A DNA stretch of 64,000 nucleotides, taken from Raillietiella orientalis. Its lineage: Eukaryota. A model generated the notes under the pieces. It was not told where the DNA came from. It did no database searches and was given only the letters and a program-made list of their open reading frames with translations. Of the stretch, positions 49,900 to 62,488 are shown in pieces. The position numbers and the translations under genes are program-made. The stretch lies in contig JAYWIR010000027.1 in assembly GCA_036172245.1 (NCBI GenBank), positions 1,674,001-1,738,000 on the forward strand. The letters are read 5' to 3'. Each line of letters opens with the position of its first letter. Within the stretch, counting starts at the first letter, position 1.

Positions 49900-50880
49900 A
49901 CTGGACGGGATTGGAAGTCGCCCCTCCAAGGTCCCTCCGGGAATCACAGATCCCTTCGGGATCGTTCCCCTACGGTTGGGAAAAGGAAGCCCTACCTTCA
50001 CGTGCCAGGGAGCTGGTTGATACCCCCTCGGGGGGTGGTTGCCTCTCCAGAGTGTCAGAGGCTTACTACCCCCTTTGGGGAGAGCCCTTCAGGGAAATTG
50101 GGAAGCGTCTCTTCCGGAGGGTTCTCGTCAGAGGAGGAAACGGTGAGCGCTTCCCTTGCCGAGGTCCCTCTGGATGGGGAGCGGCCCCCACATGCCGGGG
50201 GGTTTTCCAGAGACAACCAGGGCGAGGTCAGAGAGCTCATTCCTCCGGAGCCTTCCTGGATGAATTAGGGTGGTCCCTACGTGGTTGCCCTTTACTGCGT
50301 CATATGTACCCTGGGATGGCGTTGACGGTATTTAAAGAGCTTTGTGAGTCATCGTCAATCCTCTCTCATGTCCCCCCCCCCTTCCTCCAGGGGACGAGCG
50401 GCTCTTCAGTGCTCCTTGAGAGCCACAAAAGAAAAGAAACTCCCCCCCTCATCCCCCCCCCCCCAAAAAAGAGAAAACGTTGGAAGGAAAGCAGCGAAAC
50501 AGAAGAATTCTGTCACGAGGCAGGAACCTCTCATGCTGAGTGAAGATGACCGAGTCGACACCCACAATCCTTTCGACGTCCTGGAAGGGTCCTGTTATTT
50601 CTCATAAGGGTCAGCTCACGTGCGACCGGCTGCCGATAACCGGTAACCGGTCTTCCACGCTCGCCTCGTCGGGGGCCGGTGCCCACGGGGCGTACCCACA
50701 GAGGGACAGTGGCAACCCTGCAGCACGTGCTCAAGGACAGATGCGCACCCACCGCCGAGGCGCGCCACTCACCCGACGCTGCCATCCCCCATTCGAAGAA
50801 ATGCTGCTCTCTTCTCCAGGGTTGCCAGCTGCCTCCTCGCTGGCCCACCTCCTGCCACTCCGCGAGCAGCGATGTCCTCC
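49900..50880 (+). mobile_element. Probable ORF1 C-terminal remnant followed by an ORF2 3' remnant
   Basis: PEPSWM..HKRK..KKRKR..THNPFDVLE* (basic NLS-like tail and an NxFxxL motif common in non-LTR ORF1); PEASWMSREHKKRKR recurs at about 8105-8155. 50690-50750 resembles 58100-58160. Confidence 0.4.
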
Positions 50881-50890
50881 AGAACGGAGG

Positions 50891-53070
50891 TTTTTCACCC
50901 GGGTACGCCGGAGCGTTTGTTTTAAAAATAAACCAACATTTCGTCAGGGCCAAACCAACTTTGGTCCTGCCGCACACGGAATTTTTTCTTAAATCGGCCG
51001 TTTGGGGTCCGTCACGAGGAGACATGGGGGCTGGGAAAAAACAAACAAAACAAACATAAATAAATGAAGAAGTTCAGAAAATTTGGGGGGGAGGGGGGAG
51101 GGTCGGGAAGGAATCACGGTGCCTCCCGCGACGTCCCGTTCCTTCTCTGGAGGATGCTGGCAAGTCGGCACTCCTTGTTTCCCGGGTGGTGGCCATCTCG
51201 CGGCCATCCTTAGAAGGAGTTTCTCGTCCGGAGGATGGCGCCCCTGTCGGGCTGGCCTCTTCCTCTATGCGCTCCAGGCTGCCTCTCCTCCCTGCATGCA
51301 GCGAACGGCTGCTAAGCGCGCGCGGCTCGTGGCCGTGCGCCGCGCACGAAGAGGCGCTCGAACAGCGTGTCTGGGATCGCCCCCGGGGATATGAAGGGCC
51401 GTCAGAAAACGTTCCCAGAAGGGCCGCAGGGTAACGCAGTCAAGGATCAGGTGCAGGAGGGTTCCCCCTTCCCTGCCCCAGCCCTATTCCGCACCCACCC
51501 TTCCCCGGGTCCACTGGCGGAGGCACGCTTTGCATAGTGTTCCCCAATGCAAGCCCACCAACTCCAACTACTATCACTTAAGAAGGAGGGCTCCACTGTT
51601 CCAGCACGCTTGGGGAACACTTCCGGTCTCCTGAGGGATCGCGAGCAGCTCTCGGCACAGAAGTCCTTTGGGTGGGACACTTGGGGCCGCAGCTCTCGAG
51701 TTGTCCACACACCCGGAAGTTTTCCTTTTGCTGCAATGCAGCACGTCAATTCCCACCTTTCTGGATGGTCCCTATCTCTCGCTTCCCTTAGAGAGGACAG
51801 CCCTGAGGCAAGGGGTGGATGAAGTCCACATCATGTTGCGTGGATCGCTGGAGATCTGCAGACGCCGACGAGAGTTGCCACGCTGCAGACAGGCCAACGC
51901 CGCCTTGCTCGTGCCGTGGGTCTTCCTTAAGCCAGGCAGTGCAGTTCGCGGAGGAAGGGGGAGGAGTGCGAGAGAGAGAGAGGTAGGGGATCCATGCTAT
52001 CTTCGCCAAGGTCACCATTTGCCCAAGCTGATACCCGCATTGGGTCACACTGCGGTGGCTGCTGACGAGGACGGATGCAAGTTCGTCCAAGCCGGAGGTA
52101 AGATGGAGGTAGTCATCCTGGGGAGCCGCACACGATTGCCATCGCCTGCATGCGAAGGGCAACGAAGAGGTCCAATCTGGGATGAGACGCGAATCTACCT
52201 TCAGGCGATTAAGCAAAGTGACACACACTTCCTCTCCTTTCCTTCCCCGACGGAGACCCCTAGGAATCGTGTTGAATGCCGTGAGGCCGGTGCACTCCAC
52301 CCCCTATTTCATTACTTGTTTTTTGTCCTTCATTCTACTGTTCCGTATTCCCGTCCCCAGTGAGGGTGGTCGCTTCCATTTGAGACCGACACAAGTCGAC
52401 CCTTCTCCGACCACCTTCATTTTATTCGTGTTAAATAGATGGCCTAGCAATGCAAGGCGAAGAGGTCGCTCATGCAGCTGTGTCTTCCAATGGCTCTAAG
52501 GAAGATTTCGGATGGAAAACTGCCCCAGAGCGTTTTCAGTACGTGGGCGTTCTCCGGATCCCGAGGGAGTTGCCGATGATTTCGGATGTTGCGGCAGCCT
52601 GTGCGTCCGCCGACTTCCACCCTGTCTCCGAGGACCCCGTCCAGATGCCAGGTAGCGACTGTTGGCTACGTGCGGCTCCGAGGCGACGTCATCCCGTCCT
52701 GAGGGTCGTGTGGGATCAGCTGGAAGGAGAGGCTCGCTCCCCCCGTTTCTGGTGTTTTAGGGTGTCGAGAGGTATGCGGGCGACTCCCGCTCCAATGACA
52801 CGTGAAGGATGCTGCTCTTCTGCTTCCGCCTCAGTGGGATTCTCGAGATTCCTGCACGTGAGTCTCAGAGTCATCCTCCCCGCCTTCTCCCGATCAGTCC
52901 ACTACCATCCCTGTGTGCCGTTGCGGTCCACTAGATCCGTCCACCACCTGCTTCCTGGCACCGCCCTGGGAGGTTCCCTCTTAAGAGCATCTAATGACTT
53001 TCGATTGACGGAGGATCCTTTTCAGAGCTGTTCCGCCAGATGCCCCGGGGGACTCCTATCGGAAGAGCTC
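50891..53070 (-). mobile_element. Internally deleted L1/Tx1-like element: APE endonuclease joined directly to the C-terminal zinc finger, 3' UTR and terminus, with no RT
   Basis: APE remnants in order: FNTIPRGLRRGRK..LLNRLKVD (about 52275-52200), PSFLSD (about 51590-51575; SDH position), GPGEGWVRN (about 51512-51487; cf. GPGxWKLN). These are followed at once by TLLHLILDCVTLRPFWERF (51462-51407), a 3' region homologous to 20100-20450, and the terminal motif aaacaaacgctccggcgtacccgggtgaaaaa. Confidence 0.75.
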
Positions 53071-54649
53071 TGAAAGAAGAACCTGTCTTGCCTCTGCTGA
53101 TAATTACAATAGCGCATGTTGAATTTGTGTCGTAAAACGAATGAAACAACAAAGGATGGGGAGCCCAGAAGGTGGTGGAAGCGAACACGCTAGCAGTGGA
53201 TGAAACCCGAAATCATGGAAATGAAAGGAAATGCGACCCCACTCACTACCCATGCCTCTGGCAAGAGGCATTCATGTTTTAACCATCTCGAGAGCATGCC
53301 ATGTGCGTTTTCCTCGATGTTAGCCTCGAGGTCAGACTAAATCAGGAGGCTTGTTCGAGAACACACAGCGGTCGGATTAGCCGAAGAAACTGCCCGACTT
53401 CTCGGCAACGTCGCGCGGTGCTTTTCTGACGCTGACTTCATGCAAACACACGTAGGTGCTGTGATCTCACTAATAAAATAGGGCACAGCTAGACGCACTG
53501 AAAGCTTTGGCAAACTGCTCACAAATATTTGGTTGCACGTCTGTTCGTTTTAGAATTGCATTTCAAATAGACCTACGTAGAGAACTCCAAAAATAACTCA
53601 CAACTGCGCAAAAGAGCTAGCAAATTAGAAAAAAAAAAAAAAAAAGACTCACCTCAAGGAACTTAGAACTATGTAAAAAAAAAAAAAAAGAAAAAACTAA
53701 GAAAATAGGAAAAACTAACTCCAAAAAACTTGGAATTATGTAAAAAGAAACTCCTACGCTAAGTGGGAACTTGCCAACGTGATTGCATCTGGTCCATGCA
53801 TCAGCGTTATATTCCTTGACATAACACCTTCCAAAGAAATTTGAAATTCCTTCAACTAATTAATCAGTTACGATTTTGGCAATTTCGCTTTCACTTTCTC
53901 CAGGTTCATCTGGAGGACCTTTCTTAAATATTTGGAGGAGTTGGCAACTGGAATTTTTAACGGATGTGTGATTTCAAAAAAAAAAAAAAATTCATATTTT
54001 GGCTTTGCTTCATCAGTGTTGGTTGGCCTTTTTGCTGTTTGCGTTTGCAGTTTAGCCTACGACTGCCGTGGTCGCTGCAGGCTGCCTGAGCAAAGCCACA
54101 CGTTTGGCCACAGCTTCTCATAAGGGATGTGCAAAGTGAATGAACGGATCAGAGGAACCGCTGCCAACACTAGCGAGCGGCAGGAAAACGAGGGACACCG
54201 CTGACCCCGGGTGGACGGGAAATCAGCAGCTGGTCATGGTGGAGTGGCGTCGGCAAGCGTGGACCTCTGAGCGTCCGAGTGCTCCCTTTGTTCGTCCCCA
54301 CGCCGCAAGCGGCAGCGAGATGGTCGGAAGGAGGAAGCGCTCGAACCATCCGCAGCCGTACAAGTGCAGAAGGACACTTGGAAGTCACGCCACGCACGCA
54401 ACACGTGAAATCCATGCAAATCGGACAGAAGAACGTCCAGCAAGCCGTTGCGGCACCGAGCGATGCGCGAGGAGCCCTCGAGACGTCGGGGGGGGGCGCA
54501 GCGCTTACCCTTCCATGGGAATCTGAACAGATCCACCAGAACCTCCTACCAGCTCGAGAGCCCGGGGGTAGTTCTGGTTTTTTTGTTCGTCTGTTTTTTT
54601 TTTTTTTTTGCACGCTGAGTCTTCTCAAACAAAAGTGCAGAGATAGGTC

Positions 54650-55050
54650 CGTTCGCCCGGTGAATTTTTCTCCGAAATTCAGCGAGCTGCGGTTAGGCGA
54701 GCTCGCAGCAGCGGGCGATCTCCCGTTCAAGGGCGCAAGTCTAGGCCCGATAAGGCGTAGCCAAGGCGACGAGGGAAGCGGCTCCCGAACGGGTATCGGC
54801 GCCTTGAGCAACAGTAGCGACATCCTTGCTGACCAAACGCCACCACTCTTCTGAAAGGAAACTTCGAAGCTGGGGAAGGCGCGGAGATCACAAACATCGA
54901 CGAGACCGCATGGAAGGGAAAGAATTGCGGCCACCTTCCAGGTTAGGAACATGACGGTACGAGCCTGATTTGTCTTACGAACTTTTTTCAAAGCATAAAC
55001 GCTTGTCTGCGGGATTTTGAGGGGGTAAGACCAGTAGCGACCTCACGGAA
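54650..55050 (-). mobile_element. Probable ORF1 N-terminal (RRM-like, Tx1/ZCCHC3-type) remnant, possibly the 5' part of the 50891-53070 element separated by about 1.5 kb of inserted DNA
   Basis: SVYALKKVRKTNQARTVMFL...LVDVCDLRAFPSFEVSFQKS resembles the F-(D/E)-V-S-F strand of Tx1-type ORF1. By-eye recognition only. Confidence 0.4.
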
Positions 55051-55419
55051 AGATAGTTACTATTGACCCAGGATGATGGAAATCCTATGGATTCTTCCGT
55101 TTTCTTTGGGTTCTTTCTCCGTTCAGTTTTTTTTCTTCCTTATTTTCCTTTTTTTGGTTCGCCAAGTGCTGGAGAACCACTCGCCTCCTTGCGGGGGACT
55201 CGCGAAGCTCTTCAACGCCGTCCGCGCCACCCGAGGTTGCGTATAGTAACTCTTCAAGTTAGAGGGTACTCCGGGTGGGGAGCACCCTATGAAGCTAGGA
55301 AGGCTCAGGAGGAAGGAATCCGTTCCTCTTACGCTTGGGAGGGAAACCCCTAAGGGAACACCTTCCTTGTTCTCTCCAGAGAGAACCCCATGAGGGATCA
55401 CTTCTTATTTCTTCTCCGA

Positions 55420-55720
55420 TTTCCACCCGGACACGCCGGGGTGTTTATCGAAATTTAGAATAAACTCACAAATTGTAGTGGCACACGTGGTTCTAGCACA
55501 CTCTGTTTGTCCACGGACATTCCAGGTCGCCGGTACACTGACCGGCGGGGGTCACCTTGGCAGCGGAGGAGGATGAGAGAAAACAAAAAGAAAAAAAGAA
55601 AGAATAACAAAAAATCTGTGGGGGATCGAGAAGGAACCATTGTACGCTGGAGGGAGTCTGCATCCTCGCTCCGCCCGAATAGGTCCCAGGTGGGGTCATC
55701 CGGTCGCCATTCGCAGGAAA
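55420..55720 (-). mobile_element. 3'-terminal fragment of the L1/Tx1-like family
   Basis: Minus strand gaggatgcagac...ccttctcgatccccc, T-rich tract, ccggtcagtgtaccggcgacctggaa parallels 20352-20490. It ends in ataaacaccccggcgtgtccgggtggaaa. Confidence 0.8.
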
Positions 55721-58490
55721 CGAACTGCGGACTGGATGGAGTCCCTTCCGTTTATTCCTCCGTCGGCTTCACTCCAGGCTGCCGCATTCCTGCGGATACA
55801 ACAGAGAGCTGCTGGGGCTGCTGCGACTAGCGGAAGGGCATCCCGCACAAAGAGGAGCTTGGAAACGTCCCTGGGGGTGCCAACCAGGATCTGCAGGGTC
55901 GTTCCGAAAGGTTCCCATAGGGGCCGGATGGCAACACGGTCCACGAGCAGGTGCGGCATGGGGGATTCCCGTTCCCGCACCTGCGACAGTCCAGGCTCAC
56001 CTTCCCCAGCGTCCAGTGGTGTGGACGCGCGTTGAAGGGAAGATCCCAGCGCAGCAGCAAAAGTGCCGACTCCCACCACTTCATGGGGAAGGCGCTGCTC
56101 TTCTTAAACACTGGGGAACCACTTCAGGTCTTAGCTAAGCTTCGTTCCTTTTACATCTGGGAGGGATCCCTGAAGGGAACCATCCCTTTCTTATTCTCTC
56201 CGGACCCCCGGAAAGGATTCTCTCTTCGTTTCCTCTGAAGACAACCCCGAAGGAATGTTTCCCCATATCTCTGAAGGGTCGCCTTCCGAAGGAAACAGAG
56301 CGCTTCTGGAGAGGTGTCAATCCACCAGCTCCATGGTACGGAATGGAGGGATTCCTCCGAGGGGGGAGGGGGGGGAAGAGAGGACAACTTTCTTCTCCCA
56401 ACAGGAGGGAAACTCCGAAAGTCTCCTTGATTCCTGGAAGGACCCCGAAGGATCGAATTCCAATCCCGGTCAGTCAACGGGGCATCCGGTTTCCTGTTCC
56501 CACCAGTGCCGCACCCATATGTCTTTCAGAGGGCAGACGGTGCACGGCGTGCCGGTGCGACGCGGTATACAGCAGGGCGACAGCCTGAGTCCGTGCTCTT
56601 CAGCACCTATTTCGAATTGGGACTGAAAGCATACAGGGAGACTCTGGCTCTTCACCCGCGCGTGTGTCCCGGCACACCTGCCGTCTCAGCATACGTTGAC
56701 GATCTTCTGTTGCTCCCCATGTCCATCCCGGTATGCGCCCTCGACTGAGCAGCCCAGTACCTGAGCTGCTCAGTCGTGGGACGGGCCGACATGAACAAGG
56801 CGAAGTCGTCCGTGGTTCCCGTTGGTGCATCGTGGGCAGGGCGGCCGTACTGGATCCGCCTGGGGATCCCCACGGGCTGGTACATAAAGTACCTAGGCAT
56901 TCCCTTGGGGAACTTTTTATCCTCAGAAACCAGGTCCGGCTGTCTTCGGAAAGCAATGCAGGCTCTCGGTCCGTTTTAAAGAGACAGGTTTTATCTACCA
57001 GAGTGGGCCGCGGTGTGGAACACGTTTGTGGCCCCCTCCATAGTCCCTTGCTTTTTGTTTGCCCACCGCCATGCAGCATTAGAAAGCATACAAAGGGCCT
57101 CCTCAGGATCGCCCTCTGAGACAAAGGGAGGCCCCGAGCCCGCCTAAAGGATTTGTGTGTTCCGCTCCGGGACGGCCGCCTAGACCTCCTGACTCTGGAG
57201 CGAATGGAGCTACAGCTCCAGTTTCGAACACCGGTCCTCGTGGCAAACCTCTGGAACACCACCTGGTGCCAACCTGCACGTCTTCTCGTCCAGCGAGCCA
57301 CCGGCAGCGTGGGACTCGCGTCCTTCCTTGCGCGCCGTCCATGCAGTCTCATCCACGGCGGACTGCACCTGCGGCAAGTGGCCACGCTGGCGAGGAAAAA
57401 CGAATGGATCTCATGCCGAACCGCGAACAGCAGTGCCTGGCTGCAGGGAACCGTGCGCACGTGGGCGAGAATCCAGGAGCCAAGAGCGGAACAGGGGCGA
57501 CGCTTCCAGTACGCGCGCAACAACAACTGCACGCTCCGGGAGATCCTGGAAGATCCCGCGAAGAGTGCATGGGCAAGCAGAACCTCCCTCGCCGCCGCGC
57601 TGCCCTCCCTTAGACAGCATATGGGCTGCTGCCTTACGGCTAGATGGAAGATTACCGTGGAAATCTCCGAAAGGAGAAGGGGACTGGGCGAGTGGACCAC
57701 GGTCTAACTCAATGTGGCTGCGACCCCGAGTGCTCGACCTCGCAGACTTTTGCGCTGGGGTGTGCTACTTTCCGGAGGAAGACCTGCAGTGGCCCCCGGT
57801 GCTCATGAACACCCGCATTCTCCCCTTAAAGTGGCAAGAGTCGGCGTTGATGCTGCTGAACTGAGGCCTCCCGTGCAACGCCCGCCGGCATCTGTGGACA
57901 CCGTGGTGTGTGTGGATCCAAACTGTGCAAGGTGCGAGGAGCGGGAATCCTTCTCGCACCTCCTAGAGGACTGTGTTGCCCTCCGGTCCCTTTGTGGACG
58001 CTTGGCCACGACCCTTGGAACCTCCGGCAGCAACGCCAGAGGCGTTGTAAAGCACCTCTCCCGGCGCGACGTCGTCACGCCGGTCGCATCTCCAGCAGCA
58101 CTGCGCTGCCCACGCGGTGGGACCGTGGCTGCATGGAGCAACGCCAGAGGAGATCAGAACGACAAGGATGCCATTTATTTTTCTGTCTTTATCATGAGGA
58201 CAGCGTGGAGATGGCCCTATCTGGGAACTTGCCGGAATCCTTACAAGGATGCAGCGGACGCCCTCCAGCACGCAGTGATCCCTTCCCGAACCTCCCTCCT
58301 CCACTTTTTGACTGCATTTTTTTTTATTCTTTCCCTTTTGTTTGTCTCCCCTTCCCCTGTGCTGCCGAGGCGAACCCTGCTTGCCTGAGTGCCAGATCCC
58401 AGCAGGTTCCTTTTCGTATTCATAACTAAAGTAGCAGGATCCAACGTCCTGCTACAGACATGTAGGTTTAGAAATAAACGTCCCGGCTTG
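55720..58490 (+). mobile_element. 5'-truncated L1/Tx1-like non-LTR retrotransposon with frameshifted RT, zinc finger and 3' UTR (best-preserved copy)
   Basis: CGLDGVP (RT region 0, about 55726); RRGIQQGDSLSP (56558-56593) frameshifted to VLFSTYFE..SAYVDDLLLL (56689-56703); MNKAKS; IKYLGIPLG (56884-56910); CVDPNCARCEERESFSHLLEDC (57909-57975); T-rich UTR; AATAAA at 58473. Confidence 0.92.
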
Positions 58491-58599
58491 TTAACCAGTG
58501 CCGCACCCGAAGCCAACTGAGGCCAACCAGCGTCATCTTGCGGGGGGAACTGGAAACCCACGACGCACCCATATTCTCGGCGTCGGTCCTACAAGAAGA

Positions 58600-59560
58600 A
58601 TCGCCGAGGACGTGGCGTGCAAAAATGTGTGTATGTGGGGGTGAGTGGGGGGAAATGACGCTGGAGAAGGTCGAAGTCTTCCAGGACGCCGAGATCGATG
58701 GTCATCGGTGAGCCGTTTGCGTGAGTTCAGCACCAGCGACCATCCTGAGGCCGAACGCCGCCGAACAGCCTTGTGCCTCACAGTCCGGGAAGTACAAAGT
58801 GCGGAAACAAAGGACGCGATCCTGTCCAAAGCCCGAGGATTACTGCTACTCCCATCAGGCTGCTGCAGGGCACAGCAAGGAACGTTGAGGGAACTACCCG
58901 ATCCGGAAGCAGGTGAGGGGGGGGGGGAGCCCTCGCTCAATAAACGAAACTCTGGCGCGAGAAGCATAAGACATGAGGAACAAGAATCAAGCGAAGAAAA
59001 CGGAAAAAGAAAGGAGGGATGAAGGTAAATCCCCCCCCCCCCCTCCTGGAATGGCTGGCGGAAGTCTGCTCGCGAAGCGGAAAGAAGACTGAGACACAAC
59101 TCTTGGACAAGCAACAAATGGGCGATGAAAAAAACGCGTAACCGTTCCGTGGAAGGGAGAGAGAGGGAGGGAGGGAGAAACTGATTATCGGCGAAGTAAC
59201 CCTGCGGAACTTGGCAGGAAAGGACCAAGAGGTTGTAAGGGAAAGTGTGAAAGAGAGTTTCTGGTTTTGGTCCAACCTCCTGGAGAAAAGAGTTCTCTGA
59301 AGATATGGAGGCAGGAGAAATCAGTAGGCAGACTGTTGAGAAGATCCTGAAAAGAAGGACACATTCCTTACTGCGATGCATTCCTTCATTGCATCGCATA
59401 TTGGAAATGGAACCAAAAGGAAGCTGTTAAGGAGGCAACATCAAGTTTGGAGACAGAAGAAATCCTGAAGAGGGAGGTGAAGGTCGCTAGCAAGACCCAG
59501 CAAAAAAGTGAAGAATAAGCTCTGCGAGTACCGAGATACAGACATTGATTGTCCTGGTTG
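58600..59560 (+). other. Decayed purine-rich coding-like segment, unclassified repeat
   Basis: Stop-interrupted frames such as LEWLAEVCSRSGKKTETQLLD..LIIGEVTLRNLAGKDQEVVRESVKESFWFWSNLLEKRVL; followed by AATAAA near 59593. Confidence 0.3.
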
Positions 59561-59949
59561 CCTATTTGCTTATTTGTTTTCAATGCTGAGAAATAAACTA
59601 TCCTCTTTGTGAGACTGAATCAAATCCTTAGACATCTTGATTTGCTAGTTTTTAATTTATTTAAATATACTTGATAATGAAATTCTCGGTCCAATTGTCT
59701 CTCAATTTCTCATTTAGCTTATCCAATAGACGCTTCTTCATTTTCCCTTCTCTACCACGTCTTGACGTTCACTCTATGATTTCTAAAAATTTCATAGGTG
59801 AACTACTGCAAATGAAAGTCAACCACAGATTCCATTGGACACATCCTGGAGACGCAGCAGCAGAAAATCGAACGGATTTTATGGGTATGTTTCGTGCACG
59901 GCGAACTCTATCTGCTCACTTGGAGCATCGCGGTTATCAGTGGTCACAG

Positions 59950-60180
59950 AATCCCAAGCGCACTGACATGCATCCTCCTTACGAAACACTAGCAAAGAAA
60001 ACACTCAGGACACGTGGGGCCATCCCAGCGAGAGAAAGGTCTCCAAGTCCACTTGGGATCTGGACTCTGGATCCCATCCTTCTGCAACACCGCCGCACTG
60101 TCAGTTCCTTTCCCCAGTTCGGGAGGGCGAGGAACAGGAGTGGATGGCCTCAGCATCAAACCGTTTTTAACTCCTCTGCT
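59950..60180 (-). mobile_element. Old 3' fragment related to the L1/Tx1-like family
   Basis: Shares ga(t/c)cccatccttct with 4805-4818. The minus strand carries gatggccccac and aggatgca, as in 20300-20360. Confidence 0.4.
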
Positions 60181-61763
60181 TTCGCTGTTTAGCTCGTTAT
60201 TTTTTCAAAGTGAACGAACGCGTTCGTTTGAACTATGACCACACTCAGTTCGCCCGAGGTGTAATCTATCATTCCCCGTACTCGGTTGTAAAAATTCTTG
60301 CTGTACACAGGTGCTGTTCTGGGTGGGATCGCATCCGGAGAATAAATCCCCGTTCTCGCACACCAACGAGCACGATTAAGTGCATCCGATGAGTCTTGAA
60401 CGCAGATGATTCGCAGCTGCTGGAGCTGCTGCGCGGGATCGAGAAGCGACCGGAAGGTGGAAGGGATGGTGCGGCGCTCGTTTTTAGCTCGCGATTATGC
60501 GGATGCAGATGCAGCCTCTTGACTGGCACAAGAGCCGAGCTTGCATCTGTTCCTATGTCAATGGAGGTTCGGTTTCACAACTGGCAATGATCACACACCG
60601 CGACTCTGATCTTTTCGAAGCGTACGATGGTGATTTCGGTTTGTACGATTCGGGGAAATTTGTGGAAACGAAATCGCGAGCAGCCACGCTGCATCTCTTC
60701 GGCAGGTGAATGAAGTGAAAAGGGAAGGAAAAAGGGAAAAACGGGAGGGCAGGAAAACGCTCAGGGCTTTGCTCCGATTTCTATTTTGATAAAACGAATT
60801 CTCACATTGGGTTGAGATCCGAAAGCGCGAAGTTTCATGCGAAGTGTCCTTAAAGTGTCGCGCGAAAATAAACACACCGAGAACGTGCACTCTTTGATCC
60901 ACTCTTTGATCCATTCATCCACATAGTATGCAGATTTTGGTTGCGTTTGTAAGACAAATGTCAGCCGAGCGTTCGGACTGATTTGCCTGTGGTCCCGTAA
61001 GTGCATTCCTTCCTCCGTTTCCCCTTCTCAAGCCATAATCCGTTTTTAATGACTGATGATTTTTGATCGAAAAGCTGCGTGTGAGTCATTGCCCGCGTTG
61101 CCTTTGTTTGCCTGTTTCTGGCTGCAAATGTGCACTTCCTCCAAGTGCACCGTGAAAAGGGGGGGGGGGGAGGGGAGGGGAATGGGAAAGCGGTGGACCC
61201 CCTCGTTCTCGATCGGCCCACTCCTCGCAGGCAAGACCGAAGGTGTCCGAGGCAGGCCGACAGGTCGCAAGTCGGAGATGCCCGACGGAACAGAAGAGGC
61301 CGGAGTCCCGCAAAGGGCCAGTGGGTTTTTCCCTGCCTGCCTTCCGACCCGGGCCCACTTCCTCTTCCCCGGGACCTCGCGCGCGCCTCCGCACAAGAGG
61401 GCGAGCGGAAGGCGTGCGCGTGACACGCATGTGCCTCGTGCAGGGGAGGCTGGCGGCGTGTTCTCTCGGGGATTGCTGGTAGTTGCTGAAAGTGACCCCG
61501 GTCACCCGGACGTTCTCGGAAGCACGGCATGCAGGCCCGCACGCGGGCACACCTGACCCCTCAGTGAATCGCGTATTCCCCGTGGCAGCAGTCCCGTGCG
61601 GGGTCCCCCGCAGTCCGCGTGGAAGCATGGTGAAAAAGTGACCCGCCAGTGCTCGCAGGGGGAAGGAAAAGGGACAAATGAAGGATTTGGTCATCATCTC
61701 GAAACATTTCCAGTCGAGGCCGAGAACGCTGAGCGCGCGGTTTGTTGTCGTTTATTGTTGAAA

Positions 61764-62488
61764 ATGCAGTGGGCAAGTGTCGAGCCGGTTGGCTTCTCCT
61801 ACGAACTGTATAATCTGGAGAAGATTCACAAAGTGGGTTTCACGAGATCCCGGACGAAAGATGAAGTGAAGTTCATAACTCAAGAAGAGTCGAATGGTGC
61901 AGACGAACTCGAAGAAGAGTATATCACGTTCCTCGAGACTTTGGATCCCAACGACTGGAAGGTAGCCTACTAGGTATAATATTAAGGTTTAATGAGTAAA
62001 TATCAATTCCACTTGAAAAAAACAAAGCAAAAAGAAACGGTATGCTTTCGAACACAAGTTTGCGTAATCTGTAACTGAAAACAGTGTATAAATGATGGGA
62101 TTCTATCAGAAAGGTGATTCAGGTAACGTTCTATTCTTCAGAATCAAGACCACTATGCTGTATTGGGGCTGAAACATCTTCGATATTTAGCATCCGAGGA
62201 TCAAATAAAAAAAATGTGTAATTATTGCTTTCTTTTTCTATTTGCTATTGTTGGCTTCCAACATTTCATAACTTTTGCATTTTAGACCGACTGAAAGTCT
62301 TGAAGTACCACCCTGATAAACAGATTTCAATGGAAACATCCCAGATCAACAACTATTTTTCATGTATCAACAAGGCGTATGAAATATTAGGGAATGCCAC
62401 CAAACGAATGTCATATGATTCAGTTGATCCATTCTTCAATAATGACGTTCCAGCCTGCAATTTACATTCAAAAATGCATTTTTTTGAG
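61764..62488 (+). CDS. DNAJC2: DnaJ homolog subfamily C member 2 (MPP11/zuotin-like), 5' part; remaining exons lie beyond the window
   Basis: Exons 61764-61961, 62142-62217 and 62286-62488 (GT-AG, phases consistent). Motifs: VEPVG; FLETLDPNDWK|NQDHYAVLGL; VLKYHPDK (J-domain HPD); FSCINKAYEILG..KRMSYDSVDP. The start may lie further upstream (candidate acceptor at 61713). Confidence 0.95.

Noticed and set aside
53560..53760. A-rich imperfect duplication (aactta/ggaa.tatgtaaaaa)
   Set aside because: Low-complexity slippage; nothing functional is evident.
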